A DNA stretch of 63,672 nt, counting the filler, from Octopus bimaculoides (taxonomy: Eukaryota), in the NCBI RefSeq assembly GCF_001194135.2. It is 4 parts of 4 records of this genome, joined end to end, with 100 filler letters (N's around TTAATTAATTAA, not from the genome) between each part and the next. Parts side by side here need not be neighbours in the genome. Positions count along the whole stretch, not along the records: positions 1 to 30,705 come from NC_068981.1; positions 30,806 to 53,127 come from NC_068984.1; 2 more parts are not named here. One strand, given 5' to 3'. The stretch's first letter is position 1. Each line of letters begins with the position of its first letter. This document shows, in pieces, positions 26,817 through 40,086 of the stretch. The notes beneath the pieces were generated by a model. It saw only the letters and a list, made by a program, of their open reading frames with translations, made no database searches and was not told the DNA's origin. Position numbers and translations under genes: made by a program.

Positions 26817-29308
26817 TTATCTTTCACGTATTATTTTATCAATCAAAAAATTATTGTTCCTAACTCCGTTTGTTAGATCTCAAGTTAATTATAAAAGTAA
26901 AATAATAGCCTTTCTCAATTCATATGTCTTTGTACTACATTTCTGTGCATATATGCGGCATCTTCTTCGGGGCAGTCATGAGACTAACAAAGCTAAGAGT
27001 AAGATAGGAGTGACGATCGGTGTGTTTATAGAAGTCAGTGGTAGTGAGAATGTGGTGTAAGATAGCAAAGAAATTAAAGGAGGTTTCCATGAGGCTAGAG
27101 ATGAATTCGAGAAAAGAGTGAAAGGAATTAGCAAATGGTATAAAAGCGTTCCTTCAATTATTCGTGAGAGACGGATGGTACACTGGTACAATCATCTACA
27201 TCAGGTTTCGGTCTGATGAATTATAAGATTTGGCTTCCAACGCAGGCAAAGAACAGATTGGCATATTCGGGATCCCTTATACCTATATCTATCTATGTTG
27301 TGTGTGTGTGTACACCTATGAGTAGACAAACAAAAGAAAAGGGCACTCAACACATTCAGTAGGTGCAACATGTATCATTTGAAACAGTTTGTTTCAGTTC
27401 TATACGATTTAAAGTTTCGCAGGCGCCTCTAACAGAAACACGTCTCTTTCAGGCTTTAGATTCCCGATTCGGTCATTTAAAACCTGAAGGAGGCGGGTGT
27501 CTGCTAGAGNNNNNNNNNNNNNNNNNNNNNNNNNNNNNNNNNNNNNNNNNNNNNNNNNNNNNNNNNNNNNNNNNNNNNNNNNNNNNNNNNNNNNNNNNNN
27601 NNNNNNNNNNNNNNNNNNNNNNNNNNNNNNNNNNNNNNNNNNNNNNNNNNNNNNNNNNNNNNNNNNNNNNNNNNNNNNNNNNNNNNNNNNNNNNNNNNNN
27701 NNNNNNNNNNNNNNNNNATATATATATATACTTAAAGTTTCATATATATATATATATATATATATTCAAACAGATACATGTATATATGTATGTGTGTATA
27801 AACATATGTTGATATACGCATGCATATATGAGAAAAGTGTTTGCAACCCATCTGTTATCTATCAGCCCTTATCTAGCAGCTCCATGATGAAATACAAGCC
27901 AGTCGTGGCTGTCTAGACTTTTTCTTATGTGCAATGAACTTATGAACCTAAGGCAACATTATTCAGTGTGATCTGAAATAGATTTGACTGCTATCCAATC
28001 TTATTGGCTCGTAACGTATTTGCTATGGTGTTTAAATATATATTACAGTTGTTGCTATTACTGCTGCTTCTACTTCTCAGATCTTTCTGTAATTTCAGTA
28101 ATTGACTTTCAGAGAAACTCGCCTCCGTATTTATAACATACATTTAGTCTTAAGATGGAATCCATTAACGTTGTTATGTATCATGCAACAACACACGGGA
28201 CTGCTCTATATTATTCGATGAATTTGGTCGCTTTCAAATTGAATTTTCTTATTCTCGCTTGTTTTCATTTGTTCCTCCTTCTCCTCAACGCCGCCACTTG
28301 CTTACAATCTATTTCGTTCCTTTCATTTTTTTAATATATATTTTCCTTGTGGTTTTTGTCGTTTACTCATTATTTCTATATTAAGTTTTCTCCATACATG
28401 CGTGTGCTCCGGTATTCATTTGTGTGCACATTCACTCTTTTGTTTGCTTGCTTGTTTGTTTAGTTTGTTGGAGCTATTTGCTTGTTTACCTGTTTGTTTG
28501 TTAATGTTGCCGTAATAATTGTTTCAGGCGTCTTATTGCTCACTTGGAATGGAATGTGGCGAACACTTTGGAAAAATCAGTACTAAGTTTTCAATGAACG
28601 TATTCTTACTTTCGATTACCTCTTTCACTTCCTGGTTTTAACTATTTCACTTTGCTTACGACATTAATGTTTTTGAGAGAGACATAAATCTTCACAATTT
28701 TTTCATTTCGTTTCACCTATAAACATAGGCTTTGTGCTTGTCTGAGAAATCATTGATTGTTTTTTCGATTTTTTTTCTAACAAGTTCTTTATGAAATTAA
28801 TGGAACTTCACACTACTTTACTCTCATATGGAGGTGGTGGTGGTGGTGGCAGTATATTGGCGGTAAATTCTGTAAGTCTTAATGGGCACTATCGAAAACT
28901 TAGTCTTCATGCAGCGTTCCAAGAGTACGCCAACCCGGTGAATTCCATTCTCTCCAAGATCTACCCACGTGGAGTGTGAGTATTAAGCACAGCTCGCAAG
29001 ATATCGACTTCACAGTGACTCCACACGATACAGCATGGGATGTTCCTGCTGCGTGCCTTGATTGATTGAGCAGTTAAGCTTCCTGACCAAATCAATACCG
29101 ATAACAGGATCAGCTATCCAATACCCATAACAAGGATGATGCACATAAAGAGGCACAATTTGTTCGCTCTATTTTTACATAACATTATCCATGTTTACTG
29201 ACATTGTCCAGTTTGTTTATTCTTTGATTCTGCTTAACCACCTTCCTTTCGGTATTCCAATGCTTCTTGATTCGGATGTTTTGTCCCTACATGAGCGTTA
29301 GAGACAAC

Positions 29309-29565
29309 CAAGGATTCTCAACCAGGGGTTCCTCAACAATCTTTTTCTCTATGGACCCCTTTGATTACTATTTTATTCTGGTGGACCCTACAGCCATTCG
29401 ATGGTTAAAAACTGGTTTTTTGAGAAATTTCTTTCAAAATTGTTTTCATTTTTTAACTTGTGTAGGTCGAACTATGCAAAATGTTGCAGAAAGAAACCTA
29501 GCGTAGACCTCAAAAATCTTATATGGACCCTCAAGGGCCATATAGACCCCTGTTGAGAACCACTG
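29309..29565. mobile_element. hAT-type MITE
   Basis: Ends CAAGGATTCTCAAC ... GTTGAGAACCACTG (CAGTGGTTCTCAAC-type TIR) with repeated subterminal (TG/TA)GACCC motifs. No 8-bp TSD is recognisable. Confidence 0.7.
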
Positions 29566-30749
29566 CTTTAAACGATGTCATTTTACATGATCAAACCTTT
29601 TCATTCCTCACTTTTAGCAGAAGGGTTTCTTGATTCACAATTTTCATAGCCTTAATGGCACAATGCTCATAGGACTGTATTACTAAGCAAGAATTCATTA
29701 GTGATAGACACCGTATTTTCCGGCATACAAGTCGGGTTTTTTGGTTCAAAATTTACACCTCAAAAATTGATAGGTAAACTTATACACTAAGATGTCTTTG
29801 GACGACCAAAGATTTCGTGTGAAATACAACAGGATTTGCTAAGACGATGTTTGAATGTTTACACATGTTTACAACATATACTACATCGAATTGTAACTGG
29901 ATAATAAAGTATACAAATTTCATCAACTACTTGGGTGAGGACCCAAGTTGTTACCCTTCTAGCTTTTTGCATGCTATGTGGGTTTGCAGTGGATGATATG
30001 ATAGAATTAGACATATACGAGCAAGCTCAATAAGAAATGAACGCTAGTATTCCTTTTTAATCTAGCAGAAGATGGTGAAAAGTTAAGGTAAGGAAACCAG
30101 CAATCAGTTCGTTGTTTTCTTTCCTCATTTATCATCTCATTATTTATATGGTTTTTGTTTGATTAATCATTAATCTTTCTTTCTTTTTGGTCTTGTTTTA
30201 CAAGCTTGGTGATCGTAAAGAATTATCTCAATAGTTTCTGCGTAAAATTCGCAGCTAGTTGAGCTGATTAAGTAGCGCTATTCATTCAATTAACGCTTAA
30301 TTGCACACAAATACGATAAATTGTATTAAACCTGAAATGTATACACTTTCAATATACTGTTTTCATAAGCTGTTAGATATATATATCTAGAGGAAATCAT
30401 TGTTAATGAAGTTAAGTGTTAGGAGGAAGGTCGGATTTGTGATATTCATCTAAAGGAATCGATATTTATGCTTTTCTCCAATACCTACCGACATGCGCAG
30501 CTGTTTCATCAATAAGGTGCTGTATTAACGGGGAAAAACATTCAGTTGTTTATATCTTAACATCGGGGTATGCTGTGTTCTTACCAAAACATTTAACTCT
30601 GACACGATTCACTTGGATGCAAATAGAAAGTAGACTGTGATTGTGATTGCTATATCCCTTGGTTTGCATACAGGTATATAATATATCTATATACATATAT
30701 ATATANNNNNNNNNNNNNNNNNNNNNNNNNNNNNNNNNNNNNNNNNNNN

Positions 30750-30761
30750 TTAATTAATTAA
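30750..30761. other. Artificial six-frame-stop gap linker TTAATTAATTAA
   Basis: An identical 12-mer is centred in 100-nt N gaps here and at 53172-53183 and 61935-61946. Confidence 0.9.
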
Positions 30762-32412
30762 NNNNNNNNNNNNNNNNNNNNNNNNNNNNNNNNNNNNNNN
30801 NNNNNTATTATGTTTTTTTTAATTTTTCACTTTGTTTTATGATTGGCAAATCTGTTTTGATGATGTTAAAAATGTTTTGGTTATGTAGATTGTGTGTTAC
30901 TAAAAATGGTATTGTGTTCCGTTGATTGGTTCGTCTTTCTTGTGTTGCCCTAAGTTATAGTTATATATACAGAACTATGGAAATACACTTATTATCATTA
31001 TTTTTTTGGCCTCTCACTTATAATTTTAATCATAATTGAATGATGACGAGATATTATCCGATAAAGGACATTCGAAGATTTTCACATATCTAAAGTTTAT
31101 AATGGTGTTCGATGAGGAATAATATTTATTATTTCAGAACTATGTTTTTTTTTCCTTTCTTCTGAGCATATTTTCACAGAAAGTTCATGTTGACCGCCAA
31201 TCTACATCTTTCCACTAAACCCAATTCAAACTTAATACAGGAACTCCTCTAGCCACTGGATTATCCGTCGTCACTTGAGCTCATCATTCGTTAATGAATA
31301 ATAAGCTAAAATCTGCGACTAACCCTATCATTATTAGTATTTCTTTACGATTTTACTTTACAATCCTTCAAATAATAGAATATATAGAAGCATCATTTTC
31401 TATTTTAGACAGTATTTATGGATCAACATTCTTTGTAGCAACAAGCATACGCTACATGCATTCATTTTTCCCTCGCTATGGAATACAGCATAACCATTCT
31501 TTTCTTCCTTACACCATGGTGTACGACCTAATCAACCTTCCTGATCATGGATTTGCTCAAAGAATACCCGATCTAATTGGATTTCATTGGATCTTTCCAC
31601 CATCCTGTACATAATGAACTACAACAAATATTGATGAGGAGCTTTCTTCCACTGTCTAACCTGTATCTCTTCGTAGACGGAATATCCAAATTACAGAATC
31701 TTCCCCCGATACGATGCTTCAATAGCTGGGTTGTCCGAGAGACAGATTTCAGAGACTATGTTTTACTATTTTTTACCATTCCTTATGTGGCTAAATTTAG
31801 ATTGAATTAAATAATAGTAAATGTCCTTGTTATGTCTTGCCTACTTTAACCTACACCTACTGACTCAAAAGGAAGCCACCTTCAACCGTTTTGAACAAAG
31901 CAATTACATCACCACAACACTCGCATTCCTATTAGTCTGAGNNNNNNNNNNNNNNNNNNNNNNNNNNNNNNNNNNNNNNNNNNNNNNNNNNNNNNNNNNN
32001 NNNNNNNNNNNNNNNNNNNNNNNNNNNNNNNNNNNNNNNNNNNNNNNNNNNNNNNNNNNNNNNNNNNNNNNNNNNNNNNNNNNNNNNNNNNNNNNNNNNN
32101 NNNNNNNNNNNNNNNNNNNNNNNNNNNNNNNNNNNNNNNNNNNNNNNNNNNNNNNNNNNNNNNNNNNNNNNNNNNNNNNNNNNNNNNNNNNNNNNNNNNN
32201 NNNNNNNNNNNNNNNNNNNNNNNNNNNNNNNNNNNNNNNNNNNNNNNNNNNNNNNNNNNNNNNNNNNNNNNNNNNNNNNNNNNNNNNNNNNNNNNNNNNN
32301 NNNNNNNNNNNNNNNNNNNNNNNNNNNNNNNNNNNNNNNNNNNNNNNNNNNNNNNNNNNNNNNNNNNNNNNNNNNNNNNNNNNNNNNNNNNNNNNNNNNN
32401 NNNNNNNNNNNN

Positions 32413-32449
<37 letters not shown>

Positions 32450-32544
32450 CATATCATATATATATATATGTGTGTGTGAGTGTGTTTATGTGCGTGTGTG
32501 TGAGAGAGAGAGAGTTTTTGTCTTTGTTTGTCTCCTCCAAAACA

Positions 32545-32757
32545 GCTTGACAACCGGTGTTGCCATGCTTACGTCCACGTATCTTAGCTATTCGACTAAA
32601 GTGTCCGGCAAAATATGTACCAGATTAAGATAAACAAAACAAAACAAAAGAAATCAACAACAACGAATACTGTGGTCAATTCATTGGACTAAAAAATTCT
32701 TCAAGGTTGTGCTCCAGCATGGCCATATTCTAGTGATTGAAACAAGTAAAAGATCAA
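32545..32757 (+). mobile_element. SINE family C, degenerate 3' half
   Basis: CTTGACAACCGGTGTTG...TCCAGCATGGCCA...GAAACAAGTAAAAGA matches the 3' half of the family C copies. Confidence 0.6.
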
Positions 32758-33099
32758 ATATAAAAGGTATAGCTATTGGTCAAGCAGATACGTTGGCAGA
32801 ACAGACTTTCGTTCAAGAATTCAATCAGGAACTACATGACTTTGAAGCGAACTTCTTAACGGCAAATTTACGTCTATTGTTTAAGGCGAACGAGGTGGGG
32901 GGAGGGGATAAAGGGAAGGAGAAAAATGTGGAGGAGGAGGAAGATGAGGAGGAGGAGGAGGAGAAGAAGAAGGAAGTGGGAGGAGGCACAGTTTATCTTG
33001 TGTAAATGACAAATGATTGAATTGATTGTGTTATCTGGCAATGCAGTTCTAAATTTTAAATTACATATGCAAGGACAAAGGTTACCATATGTTACAGCT

Positions 33100-33989
33100 A
33101 TGGGCATTATAGATTAAGATGGGTGTGCGTATGTATGTATATATAGGTACAAGTGTGTGTGTGTCTCAGTGTATGTGCACGTACGTATTTGTATCTGCAC
33201 GTATGTTTGCACAAACGTGTGTATATATATATATATGCATGTTTTGATGTGATTAGGTTTGCAAATATATATTATAATGTGTGTAAATATCGGCTAGGAA
33301 TGCATTGGGGAATGTATGTATAATATCGGATTGCATGTAGCATTATGTAAATGCCAATGTTTATATGTGTTAATACGTTTATCTAAACATCCACACAACA
33401 GTATACGAATAACGAACCACTACATGCATAAATACAAGTTTACACATACAAACAGAAACACACACACACTCACGCACACACAAAGAAACACACACACCCA
33501 AAGAAACACATACACATACTTTCTGTTCAAGGTTATTATTAAATACACGCAAATATCCTCACTGATACATTTGTGAATACACACACACGCTCACACACAT
33601 ATATGTAAACGTATTTACATATATATGTATGAACACACACACAGACACACAACACACACACACACTTATATACATACATATATACATGCAAACAGATATA
33701 TGCGTGTATATATGCATGTGTGAACATATGTGTGTTTAAGTTGTTAAGGGCAGGAGCGCGTTTCACAAGTATGATTATACAGATGCCAGTAATTACATTA
33801 ATAGGATGGTCTACAAACACTGCAAATGCACACACACACACAGACACAGACACACAGACACACACATATATAAACACCGCTCTTTCTTTCTCCCCCCTCT
33901 CTCTCTATATATGTATATGTATATGTATATATTATATACATTCATATGTATATACATACGCATATATACATAAATATGTATACATACAT

Positions 33990-34039
<50 letters not shown>

Positions 34040-34191
34040 GTATATATATAATCATATATCTATTTGTGAATATACAGTATGTCAAAATTCATACGCACAT
34101 AGATACCTAAATGCAGATTCCTATACACACACACACACACATACAATCACACACGCAAACTCACGCACACAAACTCACATACGTACACTCA

Positions 34192-34223
<32 letters not shown>

Positions 34224-34330
34224 TAGCCGTATATGTAAGTGTATGTATATCTACATGCATATACGTATAAATACATAAACACAAATTTGTACACCATATG
34301 TACGTGTGTGTGTGTGTATTTACATATAGA
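33100..34330. repeat. Microsatellite-rich tract (TA, CA, TATG, CT)
   Basis: Direct observation. Confidence 0.85.
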
Positions 34331-34758
34331 TCCGTAAATATAAATTCACACATGGTAAATGAGCTTTGATAAATGGTTATTGTAGTTGTACGACGAGGAG
34401 TGTTTGAAGTGCAACATAACCACATATATATCTATTGTACTTCACATCTTTGACAGTTTAATTATTGGAGAAGATAAACCAATGTATTAAAACGGATCAT
34501 CATTTCAGAACAACTGAAATAAATATTAATTTATTGATTTCTCTGTTTAAATCTTTTAACATTGAACAGGTTCTTGCTAATGTAAACGTCAAAAACGTAG
34601 CTATTGTGAAGCAGCCCAGAATGGTGTTGACTAGCCATCTTGTCTATCAGGTATATATTAACCAACTTGTAAGATGTCAAAGAAATGAAACAACGCAAAG
34701 AAATGTAAATGTATGCCTCTACGTACGTACATACATACATACATACATACATACATAC

Positions 34759-35550
34759 GTAATGCGTTTGCAATCCAGGAACAGGAAATTGTGACAAATA
34801 CCTTGTGAACAAAAGAGACAGTGACGCCCTTGTAATCCCAAGGTGCAACCGGATGTGTAAGCTATGTCGTGTTTCTGTGGAAGACATCACGCATGTGATT
34901 AGCAGCTATCCTAAAATGTCATCACGGTACTACCTCCCTATGCGGTACGATGTTGTTGTTAAAACAATTTACCATGCAATCCGCAGAAAAGATTGTCCTG
35001 AAATAAACATGTAAAATCCCTCTGATATGGAATACATTCATAAACACCAACTCAAGGAATACTGGTGGAATATTCCCATCGAATCTTCTGTCAAGTGTAA
35101 GCATAACAGGCCGGATATTGTTGCTTAGGACAGAGGGGCAAAGGTATGCACCATCATAGAGGTTAGCTGCCCTGCAGATATAAATATCTCTTTGAAATTC
35201 AAAGAAAGAGAGGATATCTATGGACAGCTGCTTCGAAACCTTCAGCTTCTATATCCAGACTATGAATTCATATTCAAACCAATAATAATTGAAGCACTAG
35301 GTTTTGTTACTAAATGCTTAAAGGAGAATCTGGATAAATTGGGATTTTCAGAAAGAGAAATCGACCGGTTAATTCGTACATTACCAGTGCAATCTGTGAA
35401 TGGAACAGTAAAAATATACAAGAATTTTCTCAAGTTCCAAATGTGAATGTGTCTGTGTTAACTTCATCCCAAAGATGGAGCCTTGTATCTTTGTTGGAAG
35501 CTGGTTCCCTCCTCCGTGGAAGATTTATAATAATTAAAAAATAGAAGAGA
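34759..35550 (+). mobile_element. R4/Dong-clade non-LTR retrotransposon 3' fragment (zinc knuckle + REL endonuclease + 3'UTR)
   Basis: AFAIQEQEIVT-(fs)-KYL...CKLCRVSVEDITHVISSY...YDVV (degenerate CCHC), KEYWWNIPI...KHNRPDIV...IIEVSCPADIN...(PD-(D/E)xK) and PIIIEALG, with TGA at 35444-35446. In-frame stops are present. Confidence 0.9.
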
Positions 35551-35844
35551 CATGCATACATACATACATGCATACATACATACATACATACATACACACA
35601 CATACGTACATACATACATGCATACATACATACATACATACATACACACACAGATGAAAAGTGAAAAAAATGTATGGTAAATAAACAAACGATAGGTAAA
35701 AACGTATAACGTATACTGAGTGTACAATCGGACAGGAGACAGACACAAAAGATCTCTAAATCTTCATTAATCATCAATCAAATGGTATTACTCAGTTTCG
35801 CACCATTAATTATACATATATAGATATATATGTATGCATACCTA

Positions 35845-36095
35845 AAAAGTACCATCTGAACGAAGTCGATGCCAGTGCCCTCTGACTGGCTCCCGTGGTG
35901 GTAGCACGTGAAAAGCACCCACTACACTCTCGGTGTGCTTGGCGTTAGGAAGGGCATCCAGCTGTCGAAACATTACCAGATCAGATTGGAGCCTGCTGCA
36001 CCTGGTGGCTTTCCAGACCTCACTCAAACCGTCCAACCCATGCCAGCATGGAAAGCAGACGTTAAACATTGATGATGATGATGATGATGATGATA
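35845..36095 (+). mobile_element. SINE 3' part with RTE-type tail
   Basis: GTTGGCGTTAGGAAGGGCATCCAGC-type body, ending CCATGCCAGCATGGAAAGCAGACGTTAAA-(GAT)n. Confidence 0.7.
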
Positions 36096-36334
36096 TATAT
36101 ATATACATGTATTTATATAAATAAGGATAAGATCGATATTTAAAATATTGATCTTATCAAGTGGCCAGCATGGGAATAAAAACCATCAAAGGTAATAATT
36201 ATTTAAAATTATAATATAGGGTATCTAAGAGATACCGCCACACTGAAAAATAGCAGTCAAATTCTGACTCTAAAACCACAATAAATGTCCACATAGTACA
36301 AGGAGCGAAGACGAAGACAAAATAAACCAGTAAA

Positions 36335-36408
<74 letters not shown>

Positions 36409-36864
36409 NNNNNNNNNNNNNNNNNNNNNNNNNNNNNNNNNNNNNNNNNNNNNNNNNNNNNNNNNNNNNNNNNNNNNNNNNNNNNNNNNNNNNNNNNNNN
36501 NNNNNNNNNNNNNNNNNNNNNNNNNNNNNNNNNNNNNNNNNNNNNNNNNNNNNNNNNNNNNNNNNNNNNNNNNNNNNNNNNNNNNNNNNNNNNNNNNNNN
36601 NNNNNNNNNNNNNNNNNNNNNNNNNNNNNNNNNNNNNNNNNNNNNNNNNNNNNNNNNNNNNNNNNNNNNNNNNNNNNNNNNNNNNNNNNNNNNNNNNNNN
36701 NNNNNNNNNNNNNNNNNNNNNNNNNNNNNNNNNNNNNNNNNNNNNNNNNNNNNNNNNNNNNNNNNNNNNNNNNNNNNNNNNNNNNNNNNNNNNNNNNNNN
36801 NNNNNNNNNNNNNNNNNGCCAAAGCTGAGTAAAATATTTAGGACATTTTATAAAGAGAAGGTTA

Positions 36865-36912
36865 ATCTTACAGCTGTTTCATGGATATAAACGATATCCC
36901 ATCATCAGGGAC
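36865..36912 (-). ncRNA. Minimal hammerhead ribozyme motif (core intact, stems degenerate)
   Basis: The minus strand reads gtcc-CTGATGA-tg-ggatat-cgttt-atatcc-at-GAAAC-AGCT-GTA-agat, with palindromic stem III ACAGCTGT. Confidence 0.7.
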
Positions 36913-37207
36913 GGTATGGGAGAGTTAAATAGAAGGAAATAGTACAGTGGAATATAAGAAGTTATTTTGGAAAGGGAGAAATATAGGAGGTATAAAGGGA
37001 AATATAATGTAGGTACCATGGAAAAGAAGTCTTTTTACCCATTCTACACAACACATTCCTTAGATGATGGAACAGCAAGTTTAACATCCAACATGTATCT
37101 TTACTTTTATTCTTATATTTCCCTTTATACTTCCTATATCAATCTCTTTCCAAAATAAATTCTTATATTGTACTTGACTATTCCCTTCTATTTAACTCTC
37201 TTATATC

Positions 37208-37255
37208 GTCTCTGATGATTGGATATTTTTTATATCTCTGAAATATCTGTAAGAC
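37208..37255 (+). ncRNA. Minimal hammerhead ribozyme motif (stem I intact, stem III degenerate)
   Basis: Reads gtct-CTGATGA-ttggatattttttatatctct-GAAA-tatct-GTA-agac; stem I is GTCT/AGAC. Confidence 0.6.
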
Positions 37256-37668
37256 TACCCTTTCCTTTATAAAATGTCCTTGATATTCCACAAGCCTTGG
37301 CCTTTTTGTCTCATCACAACCCGCTTTAGACTCCTCATTCATACTATTATCGAACCGAAAGACTTACAGCAGTCGTTTCATAGCACTTACACATACTTAC
37401 CGACTAACAAGGTGCCTCAATTTAAGTACCTAATTCAACGGAATCTTAATTATATATATATACAGAGACATTTAATTTTGGTCGAGTCAGAGCTTCGTTA
37501 GTAGGTGCAGAGAGTTTTCAAGCAAGTCATGACTCTGACAAGTCCTAATTGGCCTGAGCACTTACAGGTGAAACTCAATGTAGCAAGAAATTGATTCGAC
37601 CCAAATAAAATATATCATTAATCTCTACTTTTTTTATTTTTGGTATATTTTCCTTTTTTTTTTTTAAA

Positions 37669-37880
37669 GGTGGTGAACTGGCAGAAACGTTAGCCCGCCG
37701 GGCAAAATGCTTAGTAGTATTTCGTCTGTCTTTACGTTCTGAGTTCAAATTCCGCCGAGGTCGATTTTGCCTTTCATTCTTTCGGGGTCGATAAATTAAG
37801 TACCAGTTGCGTACTGGAACCGATCTAATCGACAGGCACCCACCCCAAGAATTTCGGGCCTTGTGCCTAGAGTAGAAAAG
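37669..37880 (+). mobile_element. tRNA-derived SINE, family B (full length)
   Basis: Head TGGCAGAAACGTTAG, B-box GAGTTCAAATTCC and central GGTCGATTTTGCCTTTCATTCTTTCGGGGTCGATAAATTAAGTACC. Confidence 0.9.
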
Positions 37881-37899
37881 TACATTTTTCTTTTCTGAC

Positions 37900-38946
37900 T
37901 ACTGGAGCCACTTTAAAGGAAACACAGATAGCAAGAGGTGTTCCACAGGGCACTGTCAAAGGGCCACTTATAGTCATAGTGGCCTTGTCAGACATGCCCC
38001 CAGCTACTCAGATAGCCACCCTTGCTAGCTACGCAGATGACACAAAAGTGTCTCAAACAATACAAAATCCTGGAAATATTGCACATCTGCTATGGGAGTT
38101 GGACGCAATACACAGGTGAGCTGAGAACAACAACATTCAGTTTAATGCAGGAAAATTCCAAGCTCTGTACTACCAGTATACAAAGCTGAACATCACGCAG
38201 ACAGGATACACTGGTCCAGGAGGAATTAAAATCCCTGAATCAAAATCAGTGCGTGACCTGGGCATTGACATGAGCAATGATGCTCATGTCACTTTCTAAG
38301 TGTATATTAACAATTTGGTAATGAAATACAGACGGCTAGCCGAATGGATCCCCGAAAGGAGACAATGATGGTCCTTTGAAAGGCATACATCCTCAGCCGC
38401 TTGGACTACTGCTCCCAATTATGATCACATAATATAAAATCAACGGCTGAACTCGAGGCAATCCAACAAAACTACACAAAGAAAATCGTCTCAATGTAAC
38501 GTATCAGCTATTGGGAAAGACTGAAAGAATTAAAACTCTTCTCCCTAGAACGAAGGCTGGAAAGATATTCAGTGATATACATCTGAAAAATCCTGGAAGA
38601 CCTCGTGCCAAACTTAGGTATTGAAAGTTACACAAACAACAGAACGGGGCGCCACTGCATAGTGCTAAAGATCCCTGCATCTCCATCAAAATACAGGACT
38701 AGATACTGCAACAGTTTGGGTTCCAAGGGGCCACAACTCTTCACTATCCTTTCAAAATGCCTGATGGACCTGCAAGGTGTGGGTGTAGAGGTCTTCAAAA
38801 CAAAACTGGATCTCCTCCTTGCAAGGGTTCCAGATGAGCCTACCTCACGGCAGGAACCTACCTCACGGCAGGAACCTACCTCACGGCAGGAACCTACCTC
38901 ACGACAAGAAACACAGACGAGAGCAGCGGCATCAAACTCCCTCATT
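37900..38946 (+). mobile_element. CR1-group LINE, 5'-truncated RT and C-terminus (pseudogene)
   Basis: RGVPQGTVKGPL, ASYADDTK, QFNAGKFQ, SVRDLGI, RLDYCSQL, YWERLKELKLFSLERR and GPQLFTILSK. Stops and frameshifts are present. Confidence 0.92.
38836..38907 (+). repeat. 18-bp minisatellite x4 (GAACCTACCTCACGGCAG) inside the LINE
   Basis: Direct observation; in frame it reads EPTSRQ x4. Confidence 0.95.
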
Positions 38947-39220
38947 NNNNNNNNNNNNNNNNNNNNNNNNNNNNNNNNNNNNNNNNNNNNNNNNNNNNNN
39001 NNNNNNNNNNNNNNNNNNNNNNNNNNNNNNNNNNNNNNNNNNNNNNNNNNNNNNNNNNNNNNNNNNNNNNNNNNNNNNNNNNNNNNNNNNNNNNNNNNNN
39101 NNNNNNNNNNNNNNNNNNNNNNNNNNNNNNNNNNNNNNNNNNNNNNNNNNNNNNNNNNNNNNNNNNNNNNNNNNNNNNNNNNNNNNNNNNNNNNNNNNNN
39201 NNNNNNNNNNNNNNNNNNNN

Positions 39221-39410
39221 ATATATATATATATATATACACACATACATATACACATACATACAAGTGTGAGTCATATATGCATGTATACATGTGTGTG
39301 TGTATGAATATATCATATACACATTACACAGAAAACACACACGTACAGATACACAAACGTTGATATTACAGAGATTATACACTTACTTATACACACGTGT
39401 GAGTCATATG

Positions 39411-39457
<47 letters not shown>

Positions 39458-40035
39458 GTGCGTGTGCATGTGTGTGTGTGCGTGCGTATATGTTTGTGTG
39501 TGTTTTTATGCATGCGTGCGTGTGTGCGTGTGTGTGTGCGTGTGTGTGTGTCTGCGCGATCGAATGTGTACTCATAATTATGTATGTATGTGTAATTCTG
39601 GTTTACTTCTCAACAACTGATTTTTATGTGAAAATGAGGAAGGGCTGAGATAATGAATGAAAGAAGGAATGAAGGACGGAATGAAAGAAAAGCAGGAATA
39701 AAGAAAGAAAGAAAGGTAGAAGAAGGAAATATACAAGAAAAGACAGAAAAATGTGAAAGAAACAGAGGAAAAAGTGATTCGAAAAGTAGAGCAACTTTGG
39801 CGGAAGGAAATCGTATTAGGTCCACATGATTCTTTCCTAATCTTGCAAAGAAGTTAACAAGGAATTAAAATAAATTAAATTGTACCATAGGTGGCAGTGC
39901 ATTGTGAAACAGAAGGAAAGGGAGACGACAAAGGAGCGGAAAAATGGTAAATAGTGGAAGTATTCATTGAATGACACGGAAGAATGGTTGCTAAAATTAC
40001 ATCACTGAGGAAAGAGAGGAGTAGAGAGAAGAGAG

Positions 40036-40086
<51 letters not shown>

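Larger units (their letters stand above)
36818..37301. repeat. Long inverted repeat (arms 36818-37007 and 37113-37301, ~105-nt spacer)
   Basis: Hand alignment gives about 16 mismatches over the inner ~114 nt. Similarity continues to the gap edge (GGACATTTTATAAAG / CTTTATAAAATGTCC). Confidence 0.9.

Noticed and set aside
27200-27225. CATCAG-gtttcggt-CTGATG containing both hammerhead words
   Set aside because: It is just a 6-bp hairpin, and the motifs are on opposite strands or in the wrong order.
30750-30761. Palindromic TTAATTAATTAA recurring three times (also 53172-53183, 61935-61946)
   Set aside because: It is always centred in a 100-nt N gap and has stops in all six frames, so it is an assembly linker rather than biology.
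31200-31810. ORFs of 106 and 77 aa, possibly an old retroelement
   Set aside because: No diagnostic motif in any frame.
36335-36408. (AAT)7 to (ATT)n self-complementary junction
   Set aside because: A common microsatellite polarity switch next to a gap; it cannot be evaluated.
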